From positions 108,812,001-108,876,000 of the forward strand of contig NC_058373.1 of NCBI RefSeq assembly GCF_018350175.1: DNA of 64,000 nt, in the 5' to 3' direction. This DNA comes from Felis catus (taxonomy: Eukaryota). The position numbers were made by a program, and so were the translations under genes. The notes beneath the pieces were generated by a model. That model saw nothing but the letters and a program-made list of their open reading frames with translations. It searched no databases and was not told where the DNA came from. Of the stretch, positions 12,683-26,795 are shown piece by piece; within the stretch, counting starts at the first letter, position 1; each line of letters opens with the position of its first letter.

Positions 12683-12830
12683 CCTGGGTCAAATCCAAGC
12701 TTTGCTCTTCACTGACTACCTTGTACAAGTTTTGACCTTTCTAAGCTTTAGTTTCTTTATCTGTAAAATTGGGGTAATAATATCTCCTCAAAAATCACTG
12801 ACCATTAAATAACTTGATTATTTGGGGAGT
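12683..12830 (+). mobile_element. MIR
   Basis: ctgggtcaaatccaagct...accttgtacaagt...tctgtaaaattggggtaataata. Confidence 0.75.
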
Positions 12831-13108
12831 TAACAAAAATCAAGAAATTGTGATAACATTGATATCAAAGGTTCCTACATTTATGGTGGGAGTATATCAT
12901 TTCAGAATTGAGGGCTTGCAATATAAAGACTCAGTTCTGCCATAGAATGTGAACTATGGCTAAAATGTAGGACTTACACGTCTCTCTCCCTTCTTGGACA
13001 AGCCACCTTAGTCTTTTTTCCTCAGACAATACTCAAATTCCATTCAGCTCTTATCCCACTTCTGCCCTGCTTGATTTCTTTTAGAGAATTTAAGATGTTA
13101 ACATTTTC

Positions 13109-13324
13109 GGGGCGCCTGGGTGGCGCAGTCGGTTGAGCGTCCGACTTCAGCCAGGTCACGATCTCGCGGTCCGTGAGTTCGAGCCCCGCGTCGGGCTCTG
13201 GGCTGATGGCTCAGAGCCTGGAACCTGTTTCCTACTCTGTGTCTCCCTCTCTCTCTGCCCCTCGCCCGTTCATGCTCTGTCTCTCTCTGTCCCAAAAATA
13301 AATAAACGTTGAAAAAAAAAATTA
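13109..13324 (+). mobile_element. Young SINEC_Fc
   Basis: Near-consensus. Exact 17-bp TSD aagatgttaacattttc at 13092-13108 and 13325-13341. Confidence 0.98.
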
Positions 13325-13827
13325 AAGATGTTAACATTTTCATGGATATAATTAGGTATGGTTGCCACTTTTAATCAAGCCATCATTTGGCAATCAGGAG
13401 CTTTTGAGGTAATGAAATACAAACTTAAATCTCATAGTAAGAATTTGACATGCTTCAAAGGCTGATGGTAAGACTGTTAGGATGGTTTATTCCTGGCAGT
13501 ATAAATAAAGTTGATTTAAACCAAAAGTAATTTATTTCTAGAATATTAGGTGGCTTACAAGATCATTAGGAACAAGGCTCAGAAAACTGGGCAGCAGTCA
13601 CAACTTCTACCAAGGCTACATAACAGAAAAGTGGTCCAGTGAGGCCACTGCTGTTCTCACACAGATCACTGGTTGCCACCCCTTGCACTACTTTCACTAA
13701 AGTCACTGCAGACATTGCTTCTGTTGCTGCCCCAGCGATTGGATGTCTTTACCCAGCCACAACAGAAAATAATTCTCCACTATTACTGTTTCTCTGGGTC
13801 ATAATTTTATATTTGAAATTCCATCAG

Positions 13828-15104
13828 TGTACTCTGAAAACTATAAGACTTTGATGAAAGAAATTGAGGAAGGCACAAATAGGTGGAAAGCTATACTGTG
13901 TTCATGGGTCAGAAGAGTTAATATATTTAAAATATCAATACTACCCAAATAATTTTTATAGAAATAGAAAACAACAATCCTGAAATTCATGTTAAGACAC
14001 AAAAGACCCTGAATAGTGAAAGCAGTTCTCAGGAAGAATAAAGCTAGAGGTATCACACTTCCTGATTTCACACTGTATTACAAAGCTGTATTAATATAAA
14101 CAGTGATATTGGCATAAAAATACATACAGCCCAATGGAATAGAATTGAGAGCCCAGAAATAAACCCTCACACATACAATCTACCACTGTTCGACAAGACA
14201 GCCAACAATATGCCAGAGGGAAAGATTAGTTTTTCAATAAATGGTGTTAGGAAAACTGGATATCCACATGCAGAAGAATGAAATTTGACTCATACCTTAT
14301 ACCACTTGCAAATATTAAATAGATTAAAAATTTAAACATAAAACCCGAGACTAAAATCCCTATAATAAAACAGGAACAAATCTCCTTTACATTGGTCTTG
14401 GTGATGATTTGTTTAGTGTCTGACACTAAAAGCATAAGCCTTAAAAGTAAAAGATAAATGGAATTATATCAAACAAACAAACAAACAAAAAAACCACCTG
14501 CACAGTGAAAGAAACAATCAGCAAAATGGAAAGGTAGTCTATAGGATGGGAGAAAATATTTGCAAACCACCTGTCTGATAAGGGGTTAATATCCAGAAAA
14601 TGTAAGGAACAAATATAACTGCATGCAAAAAGAAAAATGACTAAAAAGTGGGCAGAAGGCTTGAGTAGACATTTTTCCAGAGAATACACACAGCTCATAC
14701 AAATGGCCAACAGGCACATGAAAAGATGATCAATCTTTTTCATTAGGAAAATGTAAATCAAAACCTTACATCTATTAGAATGGCCATCATCAAAAAGACA
14801 GGAGATAATGTGTTGGCAAAGATGTGGAGAAAGGAGAATCCTGTGTACTGTTGGTAGGAATGTAAATTGGTAGAGCCACTGTGGGAAACAGTATAGAGGT
14901 TCCTCAAAAACTTAAAAAAAGAACTACCATATGATCCAGCAATTCCACTCTTGGGTATGTATGCAAAGAAAATACAATTGGGATCTCAGAATGATAACTG
15001 CACTATGATGTTCATTGTAGCATTATTCACAATAGCCAAGGTATGGAAACAACTTTGTTACTCAATGGATTAATGGATAAAGAAGATGTGAGATACATAT
15101 GTAT

Positions 15105-15165
<61 letters not shown>

Positions 15166-15673
15166 TACACACACATACAATGGGATACTATTCATAGCCA
15201 TGAGAAAAAAAGGAAATCCTGCCATTTGTGACAACATCAATGGACCATGAGGGCCTTATGCTAGGTGAAATAAGCCAGATGGAGAAGGACAAATATTGTA
15301 TGATCTCACTTATATACGTAATCTTAAAAAAGCTAAACTCATAGAAAAAGTAGAATGGTGGTTGCCAGGGTTGAGGGGTGAGGGAAATGGAGACATATTG
15401 GTCAAAGGGTACACACTTCCAACTATAAGATAAATAAATTATGGGGATTTAATGTACAACATGGTGACTATAGCCAATACTGTATTATATACTTGTAAGT
15501 TGCTAAAGATAAATGTTCTCACTACACATGAAAAAAGGGAATTATGTGAAGTGATAGAAGTATTAACCTTATGGTAATCATTTCATAATATATACATGTA
15601 TGAAATCATGTTGTACACTTTAAACTTACACAGTGTCATCTGTCAATTATGTATCAAAGCTGTAAAAAATAAA
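13828..15673 (+). mobile_element. 5'-truncated L1 (L1MA8-10-like)
   Basis: ORF2 YSENYKTLMKEIEE onward; 3' UTR with ggtcaaagggtacac...taatgtacaacatggtgactata...aattatgtatcaaagctgtaaaaaa. Confidence 0.9.
15109..15178. repeat. Compound (TA)n(CA)n microsatellite inside the L1 3' region
   Basis: Read directly. Confidence 0.95.
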
Positions 15674-16503
15674 ATTATGTCAGAATGTTCCAATATCTGA
15701 TCCTAACTAGCTGAAGGAGGGTTGGCAGAGTATGTACTGTTTGCAGCTTCTGTGGTGAGAAGCAGGCTGTGCCTTCCACAAGATTCGTAAGATGGAGAAT
15801 TCTCTCTAGGCCTAAGGAGGAAGTCTAAAGTTGACTAATTTCGCCGTAGGAAGGTAGAAAGTAGAGGCCTATGGGAGGAAGATTGTTAAAATACAATGAA
15901 TTAGAGTTTTCTCTCAGTTTGTTCTATGTAGTGAGTCTACTTCTCTTATACTCTGTTTCTTATTAAGTGTATGCCTTCAAGAAGTCTTATTATGATCTCT
16001 GTAGCACTCAATAGCTGATAAATTAGTTTCATGCGGTTTTACTTATTGCTGAGGTTAGATTTCCAGATTTTATTCTGTCCTATTTCACTGGTACTTGGGT
16101 AGAATTAAATATGAGGAGAAGTTGCAGGAGGAGTTGATGGATGGTATTGTGGGCCCAGGCAACTGCCCTATCGCCATCTGGTTGTATGATTGGCAATATC
16201 ATTTAATCTTCCTAGACTTCAGTTTTATTCTCTATTGAATCATAATATAATCTTCCAATTTGAAAAATTATTCCAAAGATTAAAAGAGTTTTTAAGTACC
16301 TAGTAGAATGCTTAACACAAAATACAATACTAAATAGATAACAAATGATATCTATTTTGTTGTTACTGTCTTCCTTTTTTAGAAAATCCTTGGCTATAAG
16401 GACTTTAGTGTGTTTGCAATGCCTAAAAATATTTTCCTTGTATCTATCATCTCCACCTACTTCCATTGTTTATTGTAATAGCTACTAACCTTTGTGTTTT
16501 TAG

Positions 16504-16582
16504 CCACGACAGTTACAGTCAGCCATCCAGGCAATTTACTTCTTGTTGGACAAGGGCAAAGCCATATCCATACACTTTAGAG
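16504..16582 (+). other. Candidate exon (79 bp), host gene unknown
   Basis: Perfect branch-point motif TACTAAC (16483-16489), then a T-rich tract and TAG acceptor; possible donor GAG|GTATCT; non-repetitive context. Confidence 0.3.
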
Positions 16583-17583
16583 GTATCTCATGTTAGAAAA
16601 GAAAAAGAATGCAACAGAAAGGAAATGATGATTGAGCACTGATGTGTTTTGCAGTCTGCTATTGAGAAGCATCTCAGCAACAGAACTGGGCAGAACTAGA
16701 AATGCATTACCAGTCAAGCTGGTAACACTTTATTTAGAAGAACGCGCTACACAAATTCTTGTACCTTTGTGGAAAGCTGAATGACAACCTGAAACTTTCC
16801 TTTCTGATTAGCTACGTAAACGCATCCAAGGGAAATAAGTTCTCAGCAGCTTTTTTTTTAAAGTATAGAGTAATGTGAAGTTCACATATATGTCAACAGA
16901 AGCACAGATTAAATAAAGATATCAGAATTTTCTCCAGATGACCTTGCCCATTAAGATAACTGCAAGACATAATATTTCATCATGAATGTTCTAACTTAGG
17001 AAATAAAAAAAAAAACTTTCCCTATTTCTGATAACAGGCTTTGGAGGAATCATGACAATTCAGAATAAGCTCTGGCTTGTATAGACTTGAACATAAAATG
17101 ATTTTCTTTTAAGCACTTACACATTGAATAGTAGCTCTTAGAAAATTTCTTAACTTGGGTATTTTTATATTCAAATTGCCAACCCAAAGAATCACTTCTT
17201 AGCCTGATTTAAGGTTTTTTTCATTCCTTATAGTCATTTGTGCTTCTATGTAAAGAGTACTTAAATATAAAAAGTGTGTGAAAATGTGCCTTTGTATGGA
17301 TTGTAGTTTGCAATTGTAACAGGGTCTCTTACTCAACATGAAAATTGGAGTTCTCAGGGAAAGAAATTTAATTGAACAAATATATTTCTCAATAGGACTA
17401 TAAAGAGAATACTAATTGATGTGCTAATAGCTATTCCCTGTTTACAGAGCATTATCCCAGGTTTTGAACTGTAACAAACATACATGAAAACTAACATTCA
17501 CAGAGCAGAGAGAAAATACATTGCATTTCTAGATGTCTGCTTGTGAGACGTTTCAATAAGAGATATTGCATAACTGGTGGGTC

Positions 17584-17681
17584 CTGAAACTAATATTACA
17601 CTATGTGTTGACTAACTGGAATTTAAATAAAAACTTTAAAAAAATAAAGAAAAATAAAGTGCTCTTAGTACAACAAAAAAA
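17584..17681 (+). mobile_element. Very short 5'-truncated carnivore L1 3' tip with extended tail
   Basis: ctgaaactaatattacactatgtgttgactaactggaatttaaataaaaac is the L1 terminus; gtgggtc(c)tgaaac occurs on both sides. Confidence 0.8.
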
Positions 17682-17799
17682 GTGGGTCTGAAACATTATC
17701 TTCATGAATTTTGAGAATAAGAGGCTTTATTATGAAATAATTTACTGTTTTTTTAGACTGGAGACACAACTCAGAGGTCATCTATATTTCCTACTAAGA

Positions 17800-18070
17800 T
17801 TAAAGAATCTTGGAATCTTACAGATTCTGGATCCTAAAGGTCAACTGGTCCAGCTTATATCATATATGAGTCCTTAAAAATGGTTGTTTAGTTGCTAATT
17901 GGATTTATTTAGACATCTCACTAGCTCTGAAAGCAAAATTTCCTAGTGTGATAGTCTAATCATTCATGATAAAATTATTTTTTTGAACTTTAGCCTGTTT
18001 TCCTTGTTCTAGCTTCTGAAGCCACTTAAGTATAGATTCTTTTTCCCATAGTAGCCCCTCAACTTTAAAT
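17800..18070 (-). mobile_element. Ancient L3/CR1-like fragment
   Basis: gaatcttggaatcttacag...aaaggtcaactggtccagc...ctcactagctct...aactttagcctgttttccttgttctagc resembles a reversed CR1/L3 3' region. Confidence 0.45.
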
Positions 18071-18659
18071 TGAAATGAGTAAACACGCCTCTTTCGTATT
18101 GTCAAACCACATTTTCCCTTCCCTTTCAGATGTTACTAATGTGATTTTCTTCCCTAGAATTAAAGTATCATGGGGCTTCCACCTCCATTAATGTTGGATT
18201 AGGTAATTCTGACCAAACTTGGCAGTGAAAACATACATTTTTGGGGAAAAAATAAAGCATTTTCCAAAATACATCAAAATGGTTACATGGCCAGACCAGA
18301 GGTTGAGGACCTAGAGAAGTAAAAAAACAAAACAAAACAAAACAAAAAATAAAGTACTTGGACAGCTTTTCCCTGGGTCAATTGTGCATGCATAAGAAAC
18401 AGCTGAAACACCAAGATGTGCTTCTGGTGACTTCAAAGGTATAGGGAGATAAAAATCCAGTATCTGGGACTCACCAGTGAGTGAGGATTTTAATAAATGT
18501 CTTTTGTGCGGTTTTGAAGAAGCTAGTCTGTAAGAGTGGAATAGGAATAAACAAGCCTTATAATAGTATGCAGCCAAGCTTCACATCATCCAAGTGATAG
18601 AAAATCTTAAAACTTGAATTTAAAAACTTAAAACTTAAAATCTTAAAACTTGTATTAAG

Positions 18660-19740
<1,081 letters not shown>

Positions 19741-19744
19741 TTTG

Positions 19745-22350
19745 GCTCCTTGGTTCTCACACTCATGTCTCATTCCCGTTGAGAACACAGCACCATATAT
19801 AGTCTCTAATTTAATGCTTATGCTATCTCCTGGAGGATGACATCCAATCCTCTTAGAATGCTACCTCTGAACTGGCACTTCAGCTATACTTTTCAAAGGG
19901 CATTTCAGTGTTCTATGAGACTTGCTCCTATGGGGTTGTGTAGTAAGTGAATAGTGGAGTCTGACACACATGACCTTACTATGGCCGATTCCCACATCTC
20001 CTTTTCTGTGAAGCAGGTCCCATAATCGCATGTTATGCCTTGTTGGATTCTGTGCTTATAAATAAGGCATTCTGTGAAGACTAGGTGATAGTAGCGAGGT
20101 TTTGTGGATAGGAAAGAAAAACATACCTGGAGTACTTACCTATCCCTGTTACGATAAACCATTGGCTTTTCCAGGATGAAGAGGCCAATGTAGTGAACTT
20201 GTCACCAATTTGTAGATTGATTTCCAGGAATTTTGCTATATTAGAGGGTTGGTATCAGTAGGATATTGAGAGGCATCAGTAGCTGGACTTGCTTTGGCAA
20301 CTGGGAGTCCATACTGTTGGCTTCATACATAGCCTCTGTCTCTGTTCTTATGTCTCCTGTTCTCATGCACAAATAGTGGCAGTTCTAAGGTGATCAATAA
20401 AAAAGGTAGCATCAAAGGTCTAAGAAATTTTGATAGTATGGTTGTTCAGTGCCTCTTCCATGGTAGATGCTTTCTGGTGGAACTTGATGACTTTATCCAA
20501 TCCCATGTTTACTCATGTGATTCCACATCAGAATTCCTTGTCTCTGGTCATTTAGCCCTTTTTGTTCCAAGCCTCTGTCCATTCAGCCAAGCTGTTGGTC
20601 ACTGACCAGAAATCTGTGTACATCCTCGTATAGGTCCGTTTCTTCTGTACATGGTACATATGATCTGATGCACTCTTTGTGTCTCTGTTCTTTGGAGAAG
20701 TTTTCATCTCTAGTCTTTCAAGACCACCTCTGAATGTAGCTTTAATGTAGACACTGTCAATTTGTAGCTCGTATCCACTTACTGAGCCAGCTATTCTAAG
20801 CTAAGCTTGGGCTTTTTCTTCCTCTTTCTCTAGCTGGTCATATGGGATACTCCTCCCCAACACACATACACACATATACAACCAACTTGGCCAAAGATAT
20901 ACAACTAATTTGGCCAAAGATATGAACTGAGGAAGAGATGTTGGTCCATCTGTGTCAGATGGTATGGGGGCCTATGAACATGTTTGTGTAGTTTCCTTAT
21001 GCCCTCTGGTCCTCTGTGGGCTCAATCTGAGGTGTGTATTTCTATCTTATGAAAAACTGCTGCTTGGCTACCCAATTGTATAATTTAATGGGTTTCACAG
21101 AACCCAGGTTGTGATGGACAGTTCTAGCCATAGTCGCTTGGTAATCTCATGGTGAACTCTTTCATCTCTATGAGAGTTGAACTAACATACCAGGAACTGT
21201 TCTTTAAAGGCATATATAATTCTTTGACTTGTTTCATAATCCTAGTGGTCTTGGTGAAGTAATGTGTCTTCAGTATCCTCCCGTGAAACACAATCTTTTG
21301 TCAGGCCTTGTGGCTTCACAGTTTATTCATCCCAGCATGCCCATGTCTTTCAGCCTCTTTATTCTTTCCTTCATTGCCTGACAGGGCAATTTAGTCATCT
21401 CTGCATCACTCAGCACTGACCATTGTTTTTTTTCCAGGCTTCTAATAGCCATCTTAACACAGAGTTTGCTTGATTCCTCTTTCTAGTATATACTACCTAA
21501 TTCTTCCACCTCCTTTTTTCCTCTCTTTTCACACCCAGGACAATTCTCGTCTGGTTTTCCTGGGATTTAACTCATTTATTATCCCAGCTGTCAGTAGAGG
21601 AGGTGGAAGTAGCACTTGAGGAGACCACTTGTTGCTTTGGTTGGCATCTTCTGTGGCATCTTCTAATGGAGGAGAAATGCTAGCTCTTACTGAGGAAGAG
21701 TGGGCTCCCTCTGCAGGCTCTCTGGGTTCAGGGCATTCTGCAGAGCCAACTTCCTCAGAGGCATCCACCCAGATGTTCTCATCCCACCTTTTCAGGTTTT
21801 TCCAATCAGAACTCTACCCTTGGCATTGCAGATTCACTTTATGAATTCAAAAGTCTTTGTTTTGTTACTATCAGATCTTTAGTTTGCTGCTTATCAGTGT
21901 CTGCTGTTGTGCTGGAGGAGATAAAATCTTTGTATGAAATGAAAGAGGTCCTTTGTTAAAGATACACCACTTGTTAATGGCCCCTAGTTTCTCATTATTC
22001 CTTTACAGAAGATCATAGTAACCAGTCAACTAACTCTGGTGTTGTATATGCATTTCTCACCGCATTGCCCAGTGCCTTCCCCCTGAATATCTTTCAAATA
22101 CCTGAACTGTTTCACCTGCAAAGACCTGGAAAAAGTGGCTCCTCCACTAGGATGTTTTCCCAGGCCGCCATCAGAGAAACCTTCAGCAGTGGAGATACCT
22201 GCTGCTTATGCCAGAAGATATCCATATTCCACAATATGGTGTCCTCTTCACCCACTGGACATTGAGTGGCTTTGGCATGAATGTTAACTGGAATCCAGAG
22301 AAACAGTAGCTGGGGACATCAGTCAGTTACACTCCTTGCAGCAGGAAATC
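19745..22350 (-). mobile_element. Decayed ERVL-class internal region (integrase and RNase H remnants)
   Basis: Minus strand 20120-20215 reads *QVHYIG..SWKSQWFIVTGIGKYSRY (ERVL IN WQVDYIGPLPSWKGQRFVLTGIDTYSGY). Region ~20680-20830 reads EKAQA*...GS...KLTVSTLKLHSEVVLKD (RNase H). Many stops and frameshifts. Confidence 0.8.
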
Positions 22351-22531
22351 TGACTGGTGTATTTACATGGCTGATGCACAAGATAATATATAAAATTGTT
22401 TAGATATTTCCTATTATAACTATTGCTACAAGGGTATTTGCCCTAGTTTAGTTTAGAGCTTGCAGTTTCTATTCTTTTGGTCTCTTTATAATGGACTTTA
22501 ATTCCCTTCATATAATTTCTTTTTAATGTTT

Positions 22532-22620
22532 CAAAAACAGTATGGAGGTTCCTCAAAAAATTAAAAATAGAAATGCCATGTGACCTAATTCCACTACTGA
22601 GTGTTACCCAGGGAAAATGT

Positions 22621-22653
<33 letters not shown>

Positions 22654-23135
22654 GGAATATTACATAACCCATAACCATTGAAAAGGCTGATAGCATGCCA
22701 TTTGAGACAATATGGATGGACTTAGAGGGTGTTCTGCTAAGTGAAATGGGTCAGACTGAGAAAGACAAATATATGATTCCACTTATAAATGGAATGTAAA
22801 AAAATGAATAAACAAAAAGCAGAACTATAAATACAGAGAACAAACTGATGGTTGTCAGAGGGGAGAGGGATGGGAGTTTGGGCAAAATGGGTGAAGGGAA
22901 GAGAAGAAAATACAGGTCTCCAGTTATAGGATGATTAAATCATTGGAATATAAAGCAGACCATAGGGAATACAGTCAATGGTATTGTAATAGCAATGTAA
23001 TGAGACAAATGGTAGCTATACTTGTGGTGAACATAGCATAGTGTATAAACTTGTCAAATAACTACATTGTACACCTGAATCTAATATAACATTGTGTCAG
23101 CTATACTAAAAACGTGGAGACGATTCTGAAAAGAA
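22532..23135 (+). mobile_element. Carnivore L1 3' fragment
   Basis: aaacagtatggaggttcctcaaaaaattaaaaatagaa...gagaacaaactgatggttg...gtacacctgaatctaatataacattg. Confidence 0.88.
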
Positions 23136-23262
23136 AAAAATATGATTTTGTCTCTTTATTCATTAACCATCACCTATTCTAGCTCATTGCCTTGTCTTTA
23201 TTCCAGGTAATGGTACCTAGAAATTTTGACATTGTGTCATTATGGTTATTGTTCTTCCCTCC

Positions 23263-23305
<43 letters not shown>
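23263..23305. repeat. (GATA)n tetranucleotide microsatellite, ~10 units
   Basis: Read directly. Confidence 0.97.
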
Positions 23306-24779
23306 TTTTTAAAAGATAGCATTGAGTCTTTGCGGTTTGAGGGGAAAGAGGAAAAAGATGACCTTATGACTTGGCTTGAGAAACTCTTCTTAATAGTCAT
23401 ATAGCTTGTAGAAATATCGTAGAGTCAGTGTTAAATAAGAGAAATTTCATTCACCGGTCAGGTGATCTATCTGTTGTTCAATACTACAGAGATAACAATA
23501 GAAACTAGGATAACCAGAAAGGGTAGGGAAAAAATTAAAAATAAAAACAAAGTGGGGAAAGAAAACAAAACCTTGAATATTTTTAGGTGATAAATGTTCC
23601 TTGTCAAAAGAAGCATTTAACGATATATTATTCATTGTGGATGGCAATATCCAAGAACTTAGTAGCAATTATATTTTCCTCAGAATGAATTTGTATGTAT
23701 AATTTAATACAGAAAGCCAAATACCCTAGATATTTTTGAATTCTATTGAAAATTTTAGAATATCAGAAATTATAGGAGTCTAGTGTAGCCATATATTGTG
23801 ACATTTCACAATTTAGTTTTAATTAATCTTTGTTTCTACAATAGATTAGAACCGTATCTCAAGGTCCAAGGGTCTTTTAAACTTCACTTTCAGTTGCCAA
23901 TTGCTTAAGATAGTTTATTACCTTTAAAAAATATATTTGCTATGTTTGGCAAGGCTAGTTGAACCATTTGTTAGGCAGATATTTCTATGTCCATTTCTGT
24001 AAGGACATTAACCACTTCTCAGAAATTTAGTAATTTGAAAGAAGAAAAAAAAGGAATTAGGATCCATGGCTGCTGATGTGCTGTTTAACAAAATTTTTCA
24101 GAATTGGCTAATTCATAAGAGTAATGCTTCCAGACTTCTAAAATGTTTTCGTGAATATACTTAATTCCATTGAGACTATCATGCTTTCTCATAGTATCTT
24201 ATACAACTTGTCCCTTCTCTGATTAACATGTTTTAAAGCACATTAACCCACTTTAAAAAAAATCAAACCCATGAGAAATGTAGAACTTGCCTTAATTCCT
24301 CATGTCCTCCAAGAGGCCAACAGGGTAGACTGAGTGAAGAATCCTCCTTACAAAACCACATGAAGTCTAGGCCAAATGGAAGATAAAAATAGCTAAAACC
24401 AATGCCAGGAAATTATCATAATATGGTTTGCACAGCTTGTGAGCTAAATCCTTAGTGGGTAAGGTCCATGTTTTGTGCTTGTCCTACACAACTTCTGTTT
24501 GATTCAGAATTGTTTTTAAGGTGAGCTGTGAATCTTTGTAGGTATTTTTAGAAGCATTTCTGTCTGTTCTAACAAAACCAAAGTCACTTATTCAAACTAC
24601 ATAGAGGTAGTTTCGGAGAGAAAGTGCTTTTCCTTTGCCATGGGCTTACCCTAAAATCCCCAAAATGTCTCCCAAAACTGCACTCTAAGACACAAAGAAG
24701 GCTAGGAGAAATATCATGCATTGTCAGTATGAAGCCATTCCTACAAGGAGCACTTTCTATTTGTGGTGTATCATTTGTA

Positions 24780-25450
24780 TTCTGTTCTTAAAGGTCAGCA
24801 AAGCGCAATGACGTGGCATGGGTTTGCTTTGTTAAGTGGTATTTGTTAAAAAAAAATCTATTTCCATATGAAAATGCTTTTTATGTATATTAGGTCCCCA
24901 TTGGGCTATCTTCTCCACTTAATATTTGCTGCTGTAGCACTAAGAGTTAATGTTTCATTGTATAGAAATACAACCTTAGTTTAGAAGGTGAAAAGGAATC
25001 ATTCTGCTGGGTTAGACAAGTAAGAGGGGCCACAGCAGTGAATTTACCCAGGTGGTAGCAAGCACAGGGGAATTAGGATATTATGCTAATGAGGTGTGCT
25101 CCACTCCCAAGCTCTTGGAGACTTGTTGCTAAGCAATACCCATTACGGCAGTGTAAAAGATATGAAAACATAATTCAGTTATGGAAACAATAAAAGCCCT
25201 TACCGTTTTCAAAGGAGGTTGCAGTAATACATAATTTCAGGCCAAAACCACTCTAAAGCTCACATGAGGGTTGCAGAGCAGTAGCAAATTATTCAGATTT
25301 ATGAAGGGGTGGTGTGAGATTAGCACAAACTTGATGTAAAATTGGTTTAAGCCTCATTGCCATCCATCACTCCTGTGGAGCACGACAATAACCATAAGCA
25401 CAATAACATTACAGGAACCACACACACACAAGAGATTTATTTCACCAATA
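24780..25450. promoter_or_regulatory. Candidate enhancer in a repeat-free island
   Basis: X-box-like GTTGCTAAGCAAT (25125-25137), POU-like TATGCTAAT (25082-25090), TGACGT (24809-24814) and AAAGGTCA (24790-24797). Confidence 0.35.
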
Positions 25451-26583
25451 TAATGCTATTAGATCAAAACTGAGTTTCAAGTTCGTTCTTTGTAGGTAGG
25501 ATATTTCATTCACATAAAATTGTTCCTAAAGTTAACAGGCATTTTCCATGAAAAAAGAACAATATTAAAAACACCAAATGTGTCTAACACTTCAACTTTA
25601 CATACATAAATGTATTTCTTTTAAACATGTATTTTTGGTACAGAACTCCAAACTACTAGAACTCTGAGTTAATTTTTAGGATCAGTTTTTTTAAGAAGAA
25701 GGTTGTATTTGGTTTGAATAATAAGTGATTTGATGGCTGAACTGTGGAATTTCTTTAATGTATTTATAATATCATAAGTGATAAGGGCAAAAAATTTGTG
25801 AAAAGAACTTAGTCCCTAAAGGAGGACATATAGTTATTTGTAGTCATGCAGGGTCTATCTTAATTGTGTGGAGTAACTATCAGGCATACCATAGAGACAA
25901 AGGGCATTCTCACTCGGTTATATTGCTCGAATTTAAACATAGACTTTTCCTAGATTGTTGAACGTTGAGGTCCTCTCTAAATGGGAATGATCCATTTATA
26001 ATTTTATATAGCTTTGCACATTGCTTATAATCATCCCTACATATAAGCCTGGTCTTTGTTAGGATTATTAACTATTTCGGCGATATAGAATACAAGGAAA
26101 CTACTTTCTGAACTATTTTTAAATTTTTTGATGAGTGTCTTAGACTCTACCAGGATAATGATTTGACAAAGTAACAGGTGTGTTTTTATACTTCTACCCA
26201 CAAGCATCCGTCATTCATGTCTGAAGATGTGACATTGCCATTTGTCTCAGGGGAGAGTTGTCAGGATTACACATTTCTAGCACCTATAATAAATTTTGAG
26301 TTCACTTGAAGGAAAGATTTAGGAAAAAGAGTAGTCCAGCCAGCACCATCTGCATCACCCAGGCTAGACAGAGCTTGTGTGAGGGAAGAGTGAAGAATTG
26401 GGAGAGGAAGTAGGAGTTCACCTTGAAGTTTGTTTTCACACCCTTGGGAAATTTATGATGGAAGGGGACACATGAGGAAAAGAAACCCTAAAAGTTGAGG
26501 ATCTGAGAGGGGAGAGACCCATGTCTCTCCAGGCTCAATGCATCTCTGGTAAAAAGAGGCCTCACCAAAGTCTCTCACATCTT

Positions 26584-26795
26584 TTTTGGGGTGTGTGTGT
26601 GTTTATTTTTAAGAGAGAGAGAGAGAGCGCACGCGTGAGGGAGGGGCAGAGAGAGAGGGAGACAAAGAATATGAAGCAGGCTCCAGGCTCCCAGCTGGAG
26701 CACAGAGCCTGACACAGAGCTCTAACTCAAGAACTGTGAAATCATGACCTGAGCTGAGGTTGGACACTTAACTGACTAAGCAACCCAGGCACCCG
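26584..26795 (-). mobile_element. Can-SINE
   Basis: Exact 17-bp TSD aaagtctctcacatctt at 26567-26583 and 26797-26813. Confidence 0.95.

Noticed and set aside
18601..18652. Run of cttaaaa repeats; similar short degenerate repeats at 2281-2322, 29136-29175 and 40475-40530
   Set aside because: Ordinary slippage-type low complexity with no spacer structure, so not CRISPR-like.
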